Part shown: piece by piece, positions 13,263-25,176 of the stretch | Layout: each line of letters opens with the position of its first letter | How positions within the stretch are numbered: position 1 is the first letter of the stretch | Source: Sphaeroforma arctica JP610 | Taxonomy: Eukaryota | Length of the DNA: 32,078 nucleotides | NCBI RefSeq assembly: GCF_001186125.1 | Contig: NW_014039647.1 | Location: 1-32,078, forward strand | Direction: 5' to 3' | Program-made: the position numbers and the translations under genes | Notes under the pieces: model-generated | Databases searched by the model: none | What the model saw: only the letters and a program-made list of their open reading frames with translations | What the model was told of the DNA's origin: nothing

Positions 13263-14080
13263 GACTACTTGTGCGATGGCGTAGAAAATGCACTGTATAT
13301 ATACAACTATACTAAGAGGCGTATGCTTATACAAGCATATAAACACCACTAGTGTAGGACCTCACTATAGTACACTCGTCACTAATTACGAAGCAAGTGC
13401 TGTTGAGGTATGGGTGATAAGTACTGGATTTACAGAATATATGCAGATTGTCTGAAGTATAGAAAAATTGAATTCAATAAAAATAAAATAAAGTCACTCT
13501 GTCATTGTGTGTGTAGTGTGTACAGACTGTGATATTGGACGCACGTGCACATACTATCCGAAGTGGTGGATTAACGCCGGTTTGCATCCATCCAGTAAAC
13601 GTTGCACGTAAACGCACAATGATTCTATTTTTATACGTTCCGTACTAACGTAATAAAAATAAAACTACGAGCCCCCAATCGTACATTATAGCATAAACGT
13701 TTATCCTGCACTCAAAACTAATAATTTTAAAACGGTTTGACGAGGGACGAACTGTCTGAGTGGTTAACTGGTGCCCGAAAAATCCGCTCGTGCACATTGT
13801 GTAATGCATTTTTCAAAAAATACAAACCAGGTTTGTGCTCCAACCTGCACATGGACCATTTATCAGAGATTTCGGCAATGCTTATAGGAGTCGATAGCTG
13901 AGATAGTGACAGAAGCGATATCACATAGATAAGGTTGTAGAATACTGCCGATCTATCGTACGTCCTCCGATATCTAGGAATATTAATATTGCTTGGCACA
14001 CCTTCATACGATTGCGGCTGTATTGAAGGCCAAGATCACCGCTTTGTAACCAATATATAAACTACATAAATATAGCGACG
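13263..14080. promoter_or_regulatory. Shared divergent promoter region of RRP5 and UTP15
   Basis: 818 bp between the two oppositely oriented ATGs. Palindrome GCACGTGC (E-box CACGTG) at 13541-13548. Transcription start sites cannot be determined from the sequence. Confidence 0.65.
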
Positions 14081-14706
14081 ATGTCTGAATTAACGGAATA
14101 TAAAAAGGTGGCGGTCAAACGCTTTCCTCGTCTTAGTCAAAGAGCAACAGCCGAGACTCGATATTGGCGCAAGTTTAAGGTGTGTATAGACTTTTGGCGA
14201 CCGAGGTTTGTTTCGAAGTCATGGATGTAGATATGAGACCTCGCGTGCGCACACAGCATATATATAGACATATATATATATATATATATATATGCGTGTG
14301 TGTGTGTGTGTGTGTATGTGTGTGTATGTATATGTATGTGTGTGTGTGTGTCGNTATATATATATATATATAAGTAACAGCAACAACAAAACAAACAAAC
14401 ACACACAATACACACACACATATATATANACATATATATATATATATNNNNNNNNNNNNNNNNNNNNATTACGTATATATATATATATAATAATAATATA
14501 TAATATATAATATATACATATGTATATACTACTATATATATATATATATATATATACGTATAAATATATATATATGCACATTCACACTCGAGCACATACA
14601 CGCTGACAGACACATTTGTTTGTATATATATATATATGTATGTATCTATGTATCTATGCACATATATATATATATGATATTTATGTATATATATATGTAT
14701 CTATAT

Positions 14707-14743
<37 letters not shown>

Positions 14744-14773
14744 CGTGTGTGTGTGTATACATATGTATTAATC

Positions 14774-14806
<33 letters not shown>

Positions 14807-17800
14807 AGTTATATTTTATACAATATATGTAATACTATATCTATATATATGTAAGTGTATGTGTATTTTATGTATTTTATATTATTTATATATATATATA
14901 TGTGTGTGTGTATCTGTATGTGTGTGTGTGTCTGTTTGTGTGTGTGTTTGTGTTTAAATAAGCATAAATGTATATACTTAATGATATATATATATATATA
15001 TATATTTATAAAGTATATATAGATTTTTAATTTTATAAGCTATTCTCTACATAACTTGAAATTCACATATTTTAATATAAATATATATATGGTTTTTCGT
15101 GTAAGTCATAGAGTGGCCATGATGTGCTTCAATATGTGCTGATATAATATGGGAGGTATACGTCTTAGTGGGCTATGTTAAGTGTGTTGCGCAGCCGTCT
15201 ACTACGAAGCAAGTATTTTGGCTCTTGTTTGTTTAGCGATTTCATTGTTGACTATATATTTTCAATTTTCGCTCTCCCGCTGTGAAGTATGTAAATTCAT
15301 ATGACGCAAGCGTGTAGAATGGCAGTTAAGGAGGGTTGTATTGCAGAAGGACAAATCACACATTCTTGCGTTGGGGACAATTCGTGAACATATGAGAGCA
15401 GATTGTTTCTCCGTAACCGCATGACATAGTGTGAGAGCGCAAGTTGCACCATATGTATGCGCATAACTCTCGCATATCCTGAAGACCATGACCTTTTGTT
15501 CTGTCTGCTTCGCGACAATCTTCATACAACTGTCTATCAAGTGAGGCACCAGTGGAGAATCAGCGTTGTACGCCATTTTACTTTCACACTACAACACTAG
15601 CCTGCTTAACATTTAAACTTACGTATCACCTTTTGTTATTGCAGTTTCCAATCACAGTCAAGGAATATGGTGCCATCAGCTCGATATCTTTCTGCAACGC
15701 AAAACCCCATGACTTTGCCATAAGTAGTTCAACTAGAGTTCAGGTTTTTGCGGCAAATACTAACAAGGTATAGATATCTCGTGTCGGTCGATATACAGAA
15801 TTGCCTGTGTACTGTTGATGTGAGTAGTCAGTAAGCACAATTCGAAGAGGAAGAAAAGTACAGGATTTTCCTTAAGTTTCGTAGCATATAAACGAACGTG
15901 ATATTTCGTAAATATTGTTTCCTGGATTCTTTTGTCTTAGTCTTTTGATCGTTAGAGAATATCTTTGCATCGGAGCCGCAAACTGTACATCACTCGTTCA
16001 TCCATCTCGATCCCCACAAACTGAAAATCAACAGGTAAAGAAAACTGTGTCACGGTTCAAAGATGTCGCTCACAGCCCACACATTCGTGACGATGGTAAA
16101 CTTATGGTCGCTGGAGATGATAGCGGACTAGTGCAGATATTCAGCATGTCCTCTCGAGAGGTATTTCGTCAGTTCTCAACACACATACGACCTGTAAGGT
16201 GGACGAGGTTTGCATCCTTCACGGGAGTAGTCACGGGTTCCGATGATATGACTGTGAGAGGATTCGATATTCCCAGTGGAGAGGAGACGTTCTGCTTAAA
16301 AGGTTTGTACAAGGAGTATGTCATATAAGCTTATTTGCGATTCGTGGACTAGGAGTGCAATTAATGGTTAAGTAGTGTGCTTGATTAACGCGCATACTTG
16401 CGCGTGATGTTGAAAACTGCTCGGACAACTTTTGGATTGGATCATAAACACGCATAGAGGAGACACTCTGCTTAAGGTTTGTACAAGGAACTATGTCATA
16501 TAAGCTTATGTGCGATTCGTGGTTTAGGAGTGCAATTAAAGGTTAAGTCGTGTGCTTAAATATATCGCATACTTGCGAATGATGTTGAAAATTGCTCAGA
16601 ACGTTGGCAACAGTTTGTCTGGCTCGTATTTGAATAGTGAGACAAAAATCGCAGGTACACCCTCCAAAACTCTCGGGCGCTCCCTATGACCACAGCTTCA
16701 AAAGAGCATTGTATGTGTATGCTTTATACGTCTTGAAGTCTGTATGTGACTATAACAATGTAGTTTTACGTTTAGCGCCTTAATTGGCTCAATTTACCGC
16801 TCACTGTGACACGATTCAGGTCACTCCGATTATGTGAGATGTGGGGCTGTCAACCCGGCGAGCAACGATCTAGTGTTGTCAGGCAGCTACGATCACACAG
16901 TCAAACTCTGGGACACGAGGACATCCGAGTGTTCCATGACTATGGACCATGGTGCACCTGTCGAGGATGTACTCATGTTCCCTGGTGGCGGCATGGTCGT
17001 GTCGTGCGGCGGCAACACAATCAAGGTATGTGTTCTTGTAAGCGTACTCGAGTTATAGTGTATGCCTGCCTCACCATGTGTTTCCTGACGGTAACTGATA
17101 TGCACAGGAGTGTAGACTTGCCGAGCCAGGTGAATGCATGCATTGAGGTCATATTGAATGAAGCCTTATTATTTGTTCAACGTGTGTAAGAGGTTTTGCA
17201 TATTTGCAGTGTTATGCTGGGACGGCTTCTGAACATAGACTTCCGGCCAACTTATCAAAATTTTTTGGTACACCCTTTTCATTTGCATTGCGCAGGTTTG
17301 GGATATGTTGATGGGCGGGCGCATGGTGCACTCCTTCTCCAATCACCAGAAGACTGTGACCAGTTTGGGATTCGATGGTTCGTCGAATCGATTATTGTCG
17401 GGCTCTCTTGATCATCATGTCAAGATATACGATGTCAAAAACTACAAAGTGGTACACAGCATCAAGTACTCCGCCCCCGTCATGTCCCTTGCAATGTCGG
17501 TAAGTTACCTGAGCTTTACACTGCCGGATCGTCATATCCGTCCAATATACCTCTGATTTGCAGGTGAATGGTTCATAAAATGTGTTATAGTTTGAGAAGT
17601 CTATCCCGTTCAAACTATAATGTTGAATCAGAACTCACATGCATCGTAAACCGACAACAATCGAAATCTGGACAAATTGTTGTGTGAGTGACAAGTGTCA
17701 TGTCTAATACAGCTTGCTCTTTATTCTTGCTACAAGTATTCGGGTGGGCCTGCTATTATGCTAATTGTCTTGACACTATTAATATTGTCTCTTTTCAGCC

Positions 17801-18816
17801 TGAGGACACGCATCTTGTTGTTGGTATGGCCGATGGAACCTTATCGATCCGCCACAAACCAAACAAGTCTATCACCAACAAGGGCCTTGCTGGCGATAAG
17901 GCGAAAAAAGCGCCGCGTGGAGGTACACAACAATACTTTAAGCGTGGACAAGATACGAAAGCCTCAGAGGTATGTTCGTATTGGTATCCAGATTCTCTTT
18001 GGGAGAGGCTTGCACAAACCTGATGGGCGCGTAGGTGTAATCTATTTCAATTCCGTATTTTCAATGGAATCACGAAACACAAGAAACATCAAGCTCTAAT
18101 TTAGCTCATAGATCGTACGAATATTTGCTTTTAAAAAAATATCAGGACGACTTCCGAGTCGAAGTGCGCAGAAAGAAGGGATTGGCAGAGTACGATGTCT
18201 TCATGAAGAAGTTTCAATACGGCCTCGCTCTCGATGCCGCACTTGTTCACGGGCGACCGGTAATCATCGTATCACTCATTGAAGAACTTGCACACAGAGA
18301 TGGTCTGAAGATTGCGATCAGTGGTAGAGACGAAGCGGCGCTAACGCCTTTGCTCGTGTTTCTGTTGAAGCACGTGAATAATCCGAGATACTCGTCCTTG
18401 CTTATAGAGGTGACCAATATGGTGTTAGACGTGTATGCGCGGGTTCTGGGAAAATCCCAAGCTATCGACGAATTAGTACTCAAACTAAGAAACAAAGTGC
18501 ATCAGGAGGTATGTTTGTCATTTATTTGGTTCATCAATGTTGATTTATGTAATCTTGCAACCCGTTGCCAAAGTGCACGACAGTGTGTGCGATGCACATT
18601 AAATGTGCGCAGCAGGTATGCGCATGGTTCAAGTTCTCTCCTTGAGTCTTAACATACCACTTGTACGTTTATCAGTCTTCAAGAGACTTTGCCTCATTTA
18701 ACGACTTTTTCGAATCGCAGTTGGAGTTCCAAAAAAGGCTTATGGAGCTTTCGGGTGCCTTCGAATTGATCCTGGCAGGCGGTGATGCAGAATCACGCGC
18801 TGCGAAAGCAGTATAA
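14081..18816 (+). CDS. UTP15: U3 snoRNA-associated protein 15 (WD40 plus UTP15 C-terminal domain)
   Basis: Exons 14081-14179, 15645-15767, 16035-16302, 16820-17025, 17296-17499, 17799-17969, 18146-18508, 18721-18816 (TAA), all GT-AG and phase-consistent; 509 aa. Motifs: [115 protein letters not shown]. Confidence 0.97.
14258..15090. repeat. Compound (TA)n/(TG)n/(CA)n microsatellite block in UTP15 intron 1, with a small N gap
   Basis: Directly visible dinucleotide runs; Ns at 14448-14467. Confidence 0.95.
16280..16597 (+). repeat. Diverged direct duplication (about 143 bp x2) spanning the UTP15 exon 3 donor site
   Basis: 16280-16422 (agaggagacgttctgcttaaaag|gtttgtacaagg...gatgttgaaaactgctc) and 16456-16597 (agaggagacactctgcttaag|gtttgtacaagg...gatgttgaaaattgctc). 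Confidence 0.92.
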
Positions 18817-21463
18817 ACGTCGATTCTCAAGGAGAGGGGAATATGAAGATAATTTAGGAATTGCAGAAAATTAAAATGTAGAGACTGGTCTTTTCGTATT
18901 ATATGTCAAGTGATATTTGCGGTGAATCGCCGTTGCCAGGTGATTGATTGGCCGCGCTTCAACTAGAGACTTGAATCGGGGAAAGATATTGTAATATCTG
19001 TTGCAAGGTTATCCCGCATACAGTCGTTATTGGGACAGTGACAATATTAATAAATATTGTACAGCAAGGCGACATTTAGGCCAGAATACACTCTTCTTGT
19101 AATAATAATAAACAGATGAAACCCCTAGTGATACAAAAATAGACAAGCTAATGAAAGACCCGCTAAAAATATCTTGTACAACCTTCCATGTAAGGCAAAA
19201 ACTTCAGCCGTGAAGTTGTATTCAATTGTGTCGCTCATGCTTTCAAGTATCTTTCCAGTTGTCGCTTGTTGCTCACTTATTCTCTTAATCAGTCAATAAC
19301 GACATTGTGAAAGCTCGAGACATTGTGAGTAGAGTATTGGTCGAGGCTACTTCGTCACGTAAACTTTAGAATCGGTTCAGACTATAGTCTTAGAAAAAAA
19401 CGACGTAAAGTCTACAATAACAAGAGTGGCTAACCGATTTTAAAGTGATATTCATTCAGGTATATACATGTTATATAGTATGTAAACCTACACAAGAAGG
19501 CTAGTTAAAGATACAAAATAGAAAAACAAATAGAGCTCGCTTTTAATGCAGCTATAATACTAAACACAACAACACCGGTATACACCTCGCTAATCGCTTG
19601 TTCACCCAAGGTCCCCCAAGGTCCCCAACAAACTATTTTTAAAACATATATGAAGCGAATGGCTGCACATAAATCTGGGACCATTGATATTTATCTATTT
19701 AAAAAAATTACATTCCTTCGGACGTACATACGTCCGAACCAAAGTAGAATATTTTAATTCTCTCCCTACTCTCTCTCTACTCTCCATTAATAGAGAGAAT
19801 AGAGGGGGGGCGGGCCATGACTTGCGAACTGAATGTCTCGATGAGTTATGGCCCATATGCGCCGTTATAAGGCATGTGCCGAGTTCTCTCAGTTCTCAGT
19901 TCTCACACACGTCCAGTCGTCCAAGTTCCCCCCAGAGAGTATTTAATTTAGTCGGACTCCAGAGTTCAGACTTAAGTACATATAAAATTAGATACATAAA
20001 AGATTTATTTTTAAAAAGTATATGGCCGTCTGATTTTTTTTCAAACAGGGCTATATATATATATTTTTCTATATAAATGTCTTGAAAAACCAAAAAGCAA
20101 TTACAATACATACTACGAATTTGTTTTTAAAAAAGCACCAGTTTCTGAATCTTGGGAGTAATAAGGTTAATATTTGAGAGTAGGGCAGGCCAAGTTGCAA
20201 AAGCTATAAACATTAAACGTTTTCAGAAATCCCCCGTCTATGTTTGTAAATATAAATTTTGTGTCTGAGGTTCAGTCGAATATACGTTTTATATTTGCAT
20301 TCTATGTAGAAGATTGTAAAGGCTATGTTTTTTATATATAAATTTGGTTCATTTGGAACGTTTATAAATTCTAAAAAAACTTCTCTAGAAAAGACGTGAG
20401 GCGGTGAGGCCGGGCATTTAGGGATTGTCCTGGGTCCGGAGTCAGTCCGGAGTCGACAATCGATAAACCTGTTTATGCGGACCCTGCCGCCCTCGGTCTG
20501 CCTCTGATGGAGTCTGAGCTGTATACCTTTAGGGCTTAAAAGTTTAAATATTAAAAATAGCGGTAAACTTTGCTCAATTGTAAATACACTACCTACACCC
20601 ACTGACGAGGCTCTGAGTCTCTGACCCTTCAGTCCTTCACCGGGTGCCTTTGGGCGGGTCATAAATAGAAAAGAAGCACAAAATACATGGTTTGCAAAAA
20701 AGGAATTGAAAAAGAGAAAAAGATCAGAAAATAGAGAAAAAGATCAGAATGGTCAAAAACCGTCAAAGTGTATTTAGCGTCAATTATTATAATTTATCAG
20801 TCATATTATTTTAAACTCCCAGCTTAAAATTTTTAAAAAGAGAACTGTTGTATGTGGCGTTTTCTATGTTTTGGTTTAAAAAAAAACAATCAGCGACTCA
20901 GGCCCGGTCTTAACGGGTTCGGATTTTGCGTTCTGATTTTGCGTTCGGAGAGTTTTTGGTCGCTCCTGCCTCAATGCAGTGTCCATTGTCAATTGTTGGA
21001 CTACATCGCTATATTGAGTGCAATTCGTTTACGCACTATTTCAATATTTTCAAGCTATATGACTCGTATAGTCAAGAGAGCACTAATTGGTTCATCATTA
21101 TTTTGGATCTGAGAAAAAGCAATACAGAATACACATGTATTATGCATATTTATATCATTTTATATATATATATATATACAATAAAGAGAAGTGTGTTATG
21201 TATAAACTGTCATACGACTTGGACAGTATGGAGAATATCAATGATCTGTAAGAACCGGATTGCGAATGCATATCACTGAACGAGTGTTCGATGTCACATT
21301 GCAGTAGTGAACAAGAATTAGCACATTAGCGTCACGAACCAGTGACAAACAGCACTTCGAATAATGATCACAGTAATTACATTCAAGACTCGGATATTAT
21401 TACTGGCCAATCACAAAGCTTTTGCGCCAGCCCAAATTAGTCTCGCTCTCTCCCTAGACTTGT

Positions 21464-21671
21464 CTATCCTACCCTTTTTTTTCTTCGCCCAATTGGGCAG
21501 CCGTTATCATTATATGGACATGGGACCGCTGTGGGTTTTTAAATAATTGTTTCTAAAATGTGTTTGGCTATGCAAAACAGCCGGCTACTGGCATCTAAGA
21601 GGCAAAATCCACTGTGCGAAGACCCGCCCAATTGGGCTAAAATAGCCCAATTGGGCGGATGGGTAGGATAG
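21464..21671. mobile_element. Putative 208-bp non-autonomous TIR element (MITE), superfamily unassigned
   Basis: Perfect 11-bp TIR CTATCCTACCC (21464-21474) / GGGTAGGATAG (21661-21671). Flanking 4-bp direct repeat TTGT at 21460-21463 and 21672-21675. Subterminal palindromes GCCCAATTGGGC at 21487, 21626 and 21645. Confidence 0.7.
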
Positions 21672-22472
21672 TTGTGGATCTAAAATTTAAATATTTACAA
21701 CCGGCAAAGATTCTTGAGTACAAAGATTCTTGAGTACATATTTGGTATTGATACTTGAAAGGCCTCGGCTTCAGTAGTTCAGAATGATACAAAACATGCC
21801 CGGGTGCTTATTGGACACTATCTTTTCGGAAGTCCCCCCCCCGGCCCCCGCTCGCCCCACCCCTCTAGATCTTGGGCACAAAATAAGCCCTAAAACAAGA
21901 AAGCACAACCGCCTTGTGGGAAAATTGACAAGACATATTTCTGTACTATGTTTTCAATTGTTTGGGAGCGCGGGGGGGGGGGGGTTAAATATATACAAAA
22001 ACAGTTTGAAAATGAAAAAAAAACTTTTGTTGATCGAGGGTCCGTTTTAGACCCCAATTTGGACAAAACAAAAGGCAGACAATAATTTGGCCAGTAGCAT
22101 TGGGGCCCTATAGCTCTTTCTAGAACAGCGGTACATACATTAGAGTATAGTAAATAACGTAAATACATTATTTTATCGACTTTGATCAATTTGTGGTTCA
22201 ACTGATGACGTATTCTTGTTGTTGGCAGTACGCATCTATCACTTAGTAGGCAATATCCAGGACTACCGTGTATCCCGCACCCAGAATAACAATTGGGCGC
22301 TCACACCCTACAAGCGAGTATTGCCACTATTATTATATATAAATACATTTTATTGTAGTTCATTTATAGGTAATCATAAACATACTTGGTAAGCCACTTC
22401 CATTGTGAGTGTATACAAGTATGTACGTATTTATGTTTGTATGTATGTAGTATAAATATATGTATGTGTGTA

Positions 22473-22488
<16 letters not shown>

Positions 22489-22505
<17 letters not shown>

Positions 22506-22645
22506 ATGTATGTATGTATGTATGTATGTATGAATGTATGTATGTATGTATGTATGTATGTATGTATGTATGTATGTATGTATGTATGTATGTATGTATG
22601 TATGTATGTATGTATGTATGTATGTATGTATGTATGTATGTATGT
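22489..22645. repeat. (TATG)n tetranucleotide microsatellite, preceded by (TG)n
   Basis: Near-perfect TATG run with a single TGAA variant. Confidence 0.97.
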
Positions 22646-24250
22646 AGTATAGCGGAGCATACGTAGGCCGTAGCACATGTGGATTCATATAGCTGTGTCC
22701 TAATATATACTGGTAAATATGTCATATGAAGATGTTTCGAGTCCGGTAATAAAATAAAGAACAAGTGGACAAAATATGAGGTAAACAATAAAAGAAGTAG
22801 ACAAAAAATATGTTTGACTGTATATGATATATGACACTTTTTTTTTAAATATATATCATTGTTCACAGAATTCATTTGCTGTACATAGAGCTATTAAAAA
22901 AACATTTCTGAAGTATTTTTTTAAAACAAAACCAAAATAAATTTATTTTATATATTTTTATTAAAAAAACATATTGTCTGTCTCTCTACTACTACTAGTA
23001 GATACTATTATTTACTACTCTCTACTCTCCTAGAGTATAGAGAGTCTGACAGAGAGAAATCGAGAGAGAGAAAAAGACCCTTTATTCCTGTGGTTGTTTC
23101 CCAAATACTGTTTCAAATTATTTATAGTTAAAAAAGACCAATATGTATATAAAAATAGGTAAACACAAACAGGGTATGACTAAGTAGTAAATAGAGAGCC
23201 GCCCCCAAGTCCGACTCCTCAACCTCGGCCTCAGGCTGACTCAGGCCTAAAAAGTTGAACGTAAACACATATTTGTTCAACACATATTTATTCAGAATGG
23301 CCTACCCAAGCTATTTTTATAGGACTAGTTTGTATGATTAAATCGCTACACACTTAATTTTTTAGACCCGAAAGGTACATCTAAAAGCATACAAGGAACA
23401 GTTATGGTAAAAGTTGAACGTAAACGTATGTTTATTCGTTTTATAGAAGTTTTACAGGAAAACGGCTTGAGGATTTATTATTTCACCATGTCTTTATGTA
23501 TTCATATTCCACATCTCATTACTTTTTTTTGCTAACAAATTTTGATATACACATGCATATTTATATTTGGTTTTTTATTTTTTTTGTATTTGTTTTGTAT
23601 TAGAAAAAAACAAAAGAAAAACAAATATGCAAGCGAAACATTTATTTTACAAAGATACAAAAAGTACATATTAAATTTTACTGTACTATATTTTATCAAA
23701 AAACAAATAATATGATATACTATTTAATTTGGGATTGTTTAGAAAAATCAAAAGAGCAAATTTATGTATCCCTTGTCCACAAGTATTTCGTTTCTTCTTT
23801 TTTTACAACAAAATATATGATTAATACATTAATGTACATATTTGCTCGTTTTTAAAAACAAATCACTGTATTTTTTTTTAACATCAACTGGGGTTTTTTA
23901 TAAAAGTCATTGGACTTCAGCCTCCGGGACTAACTTTAATAAGTTATACGTAGTGTAGATATAAGTTGAACGTTAACCGTTATTTATTCAATTATAAACG
24001 GTTTAACGTAAAACTTTTTAATGTTAGCTCCAGGAGGCCATGTAAATGTATATTTATATATTTAATTTAAAAACAACGAGCAAAATGCTGTACCACTAAA
24101 CAGTTTTAAATTTCTTTTAAACATACTGTGAAATCCTCAATACAGAGTAATTCAGTCCTCCACCTCGTTTACTCTCTAGAGTCTCTACCAGACTGTTGAT
24201 CATCCCTTTTCTACAGACTGTTATTACTCATCAACAAACTGCTCTGTGAA

Positions 24251-25176
24251 AGGCTGAAGGCTGTGAGGCTGTGAGGCTGTGAGGCTGTGAGGCTGTGAGG
24301 CTGTGAGGCTGTGAGGCTGTGAGGCTGTGAGGCTGTGAGGCTGTGAGGCTNNNNNNNNNNNNNNNNNNNNNNNNNNNNNNNNNNNNNNNNNNNNNNNNNN
24401 NNNNNNNNNNNNNNNNNNNNNNNNNNNNNNNNNNNNNNNNNNNNNNNNNNNNNNNNNNNNNNNNNNNNNNNNNNNNNNNNNNNNNNNNNNNNNNNNNNNN
24501 NNNNNNNNNNNNNNNNNNNNNNNNNNNNNNNNNNNNNNNNNNNNNNNNNNNNNNNNNNNNNNNNNNNNNNNNNNNNNNNNNNNNNNNNNNNNNNNNNNNN
24601 NNNNNNNNNNNNNNNNNNNNNNNNNNNNNNNNNNNNNNNNNNNNNNNNNNNNNNNNNNNNNNNNNNNNNNNNNNNNNNNNNNNNNNNNNNNNNNNNNNNN
24701 NNNNNNNNNNNNNNNNNNNNNNNNNNNNNNNNNNNNNNNNNNNNNNNNNNNNNNNNNNNNNNNNNNNNNNNNNNNNNNNNNNNNNNNNNNNNNNNNNNNN
24801 NNNNNNNNNNNNNNNNNNNNNNNNNNNNNNNNNNNNNNNNNNNNNNNNNNNNNNNNNNNNNNNNNNNNNNNNNNNNNNNNNNNNNNNNNNNNNNNNNNNN
24901 NNNNNNNNNNNNNNNNNNNNNNNNNNNNNNNNNNNNNNNNNNNNNNNNNNNNNNNNNNNNNNNNNNNNNNNNNNNNNNNNNNNNNNNNNNNNNNNNNNNN
25001 NNNNNNNNNNNNNNNNNNNNNNNNNNNNNNNNNNNNNNNNNNNNNNNNNNNNNNNNNNNNNNNNNNNNTCACAGGCTGTGAGGCTGTGAGGCTGTGAGGC
25101 TGTGAGGCTGTGAGGCTGTGAGGCTGTGAGGCTGTGAGGCTGTGAGGCTGTGAGGCTGTGAGGCTGTGAGGCTGTG
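24251..25176. repeat. (GGCTGTGA)n 8-bp satellite spanning an assembly gap
   Basis: Near-perfect units at 24251-24350 and about 25075-25176, same orientation on both sides of the N gap 24351-25068. Confidence 0.95.
24351..25068. other. Assembly gap (718 N)
   Basis: Run of n characters. Confidence 1.

Noticed and set aside
13263..13349. N-terminal extension of the ORF-track RRP5 frame (MVFICLY...)
   Set aside because: It starts at a non-ATG codon and has non-coding composition. The first ATG at 13262 fits the position of the conserved N-terminal motif.
14137..14808. YI/HT/CV-repeat ORFs
   Set aside because: Translations of dinucleotide microsatellites and Ns inside UTP15 intron 1
20898..20913. 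CAGGCCCGGTCTTAAC as a hAT-like left terminus
   Set aside because: No matching inverted right end or 8-bp TSD found in the window
21796..22280. Possible Tc2/pogo-like end fragments (cccgggtgcttattgg; taccgtgtatcccg)
   Set aside because: Resemblance from memory only; the ends cannot be paired
22360..22875. YIHT/MYVC-repeat ORFs
   Set aside because: Translations of (TATG)n
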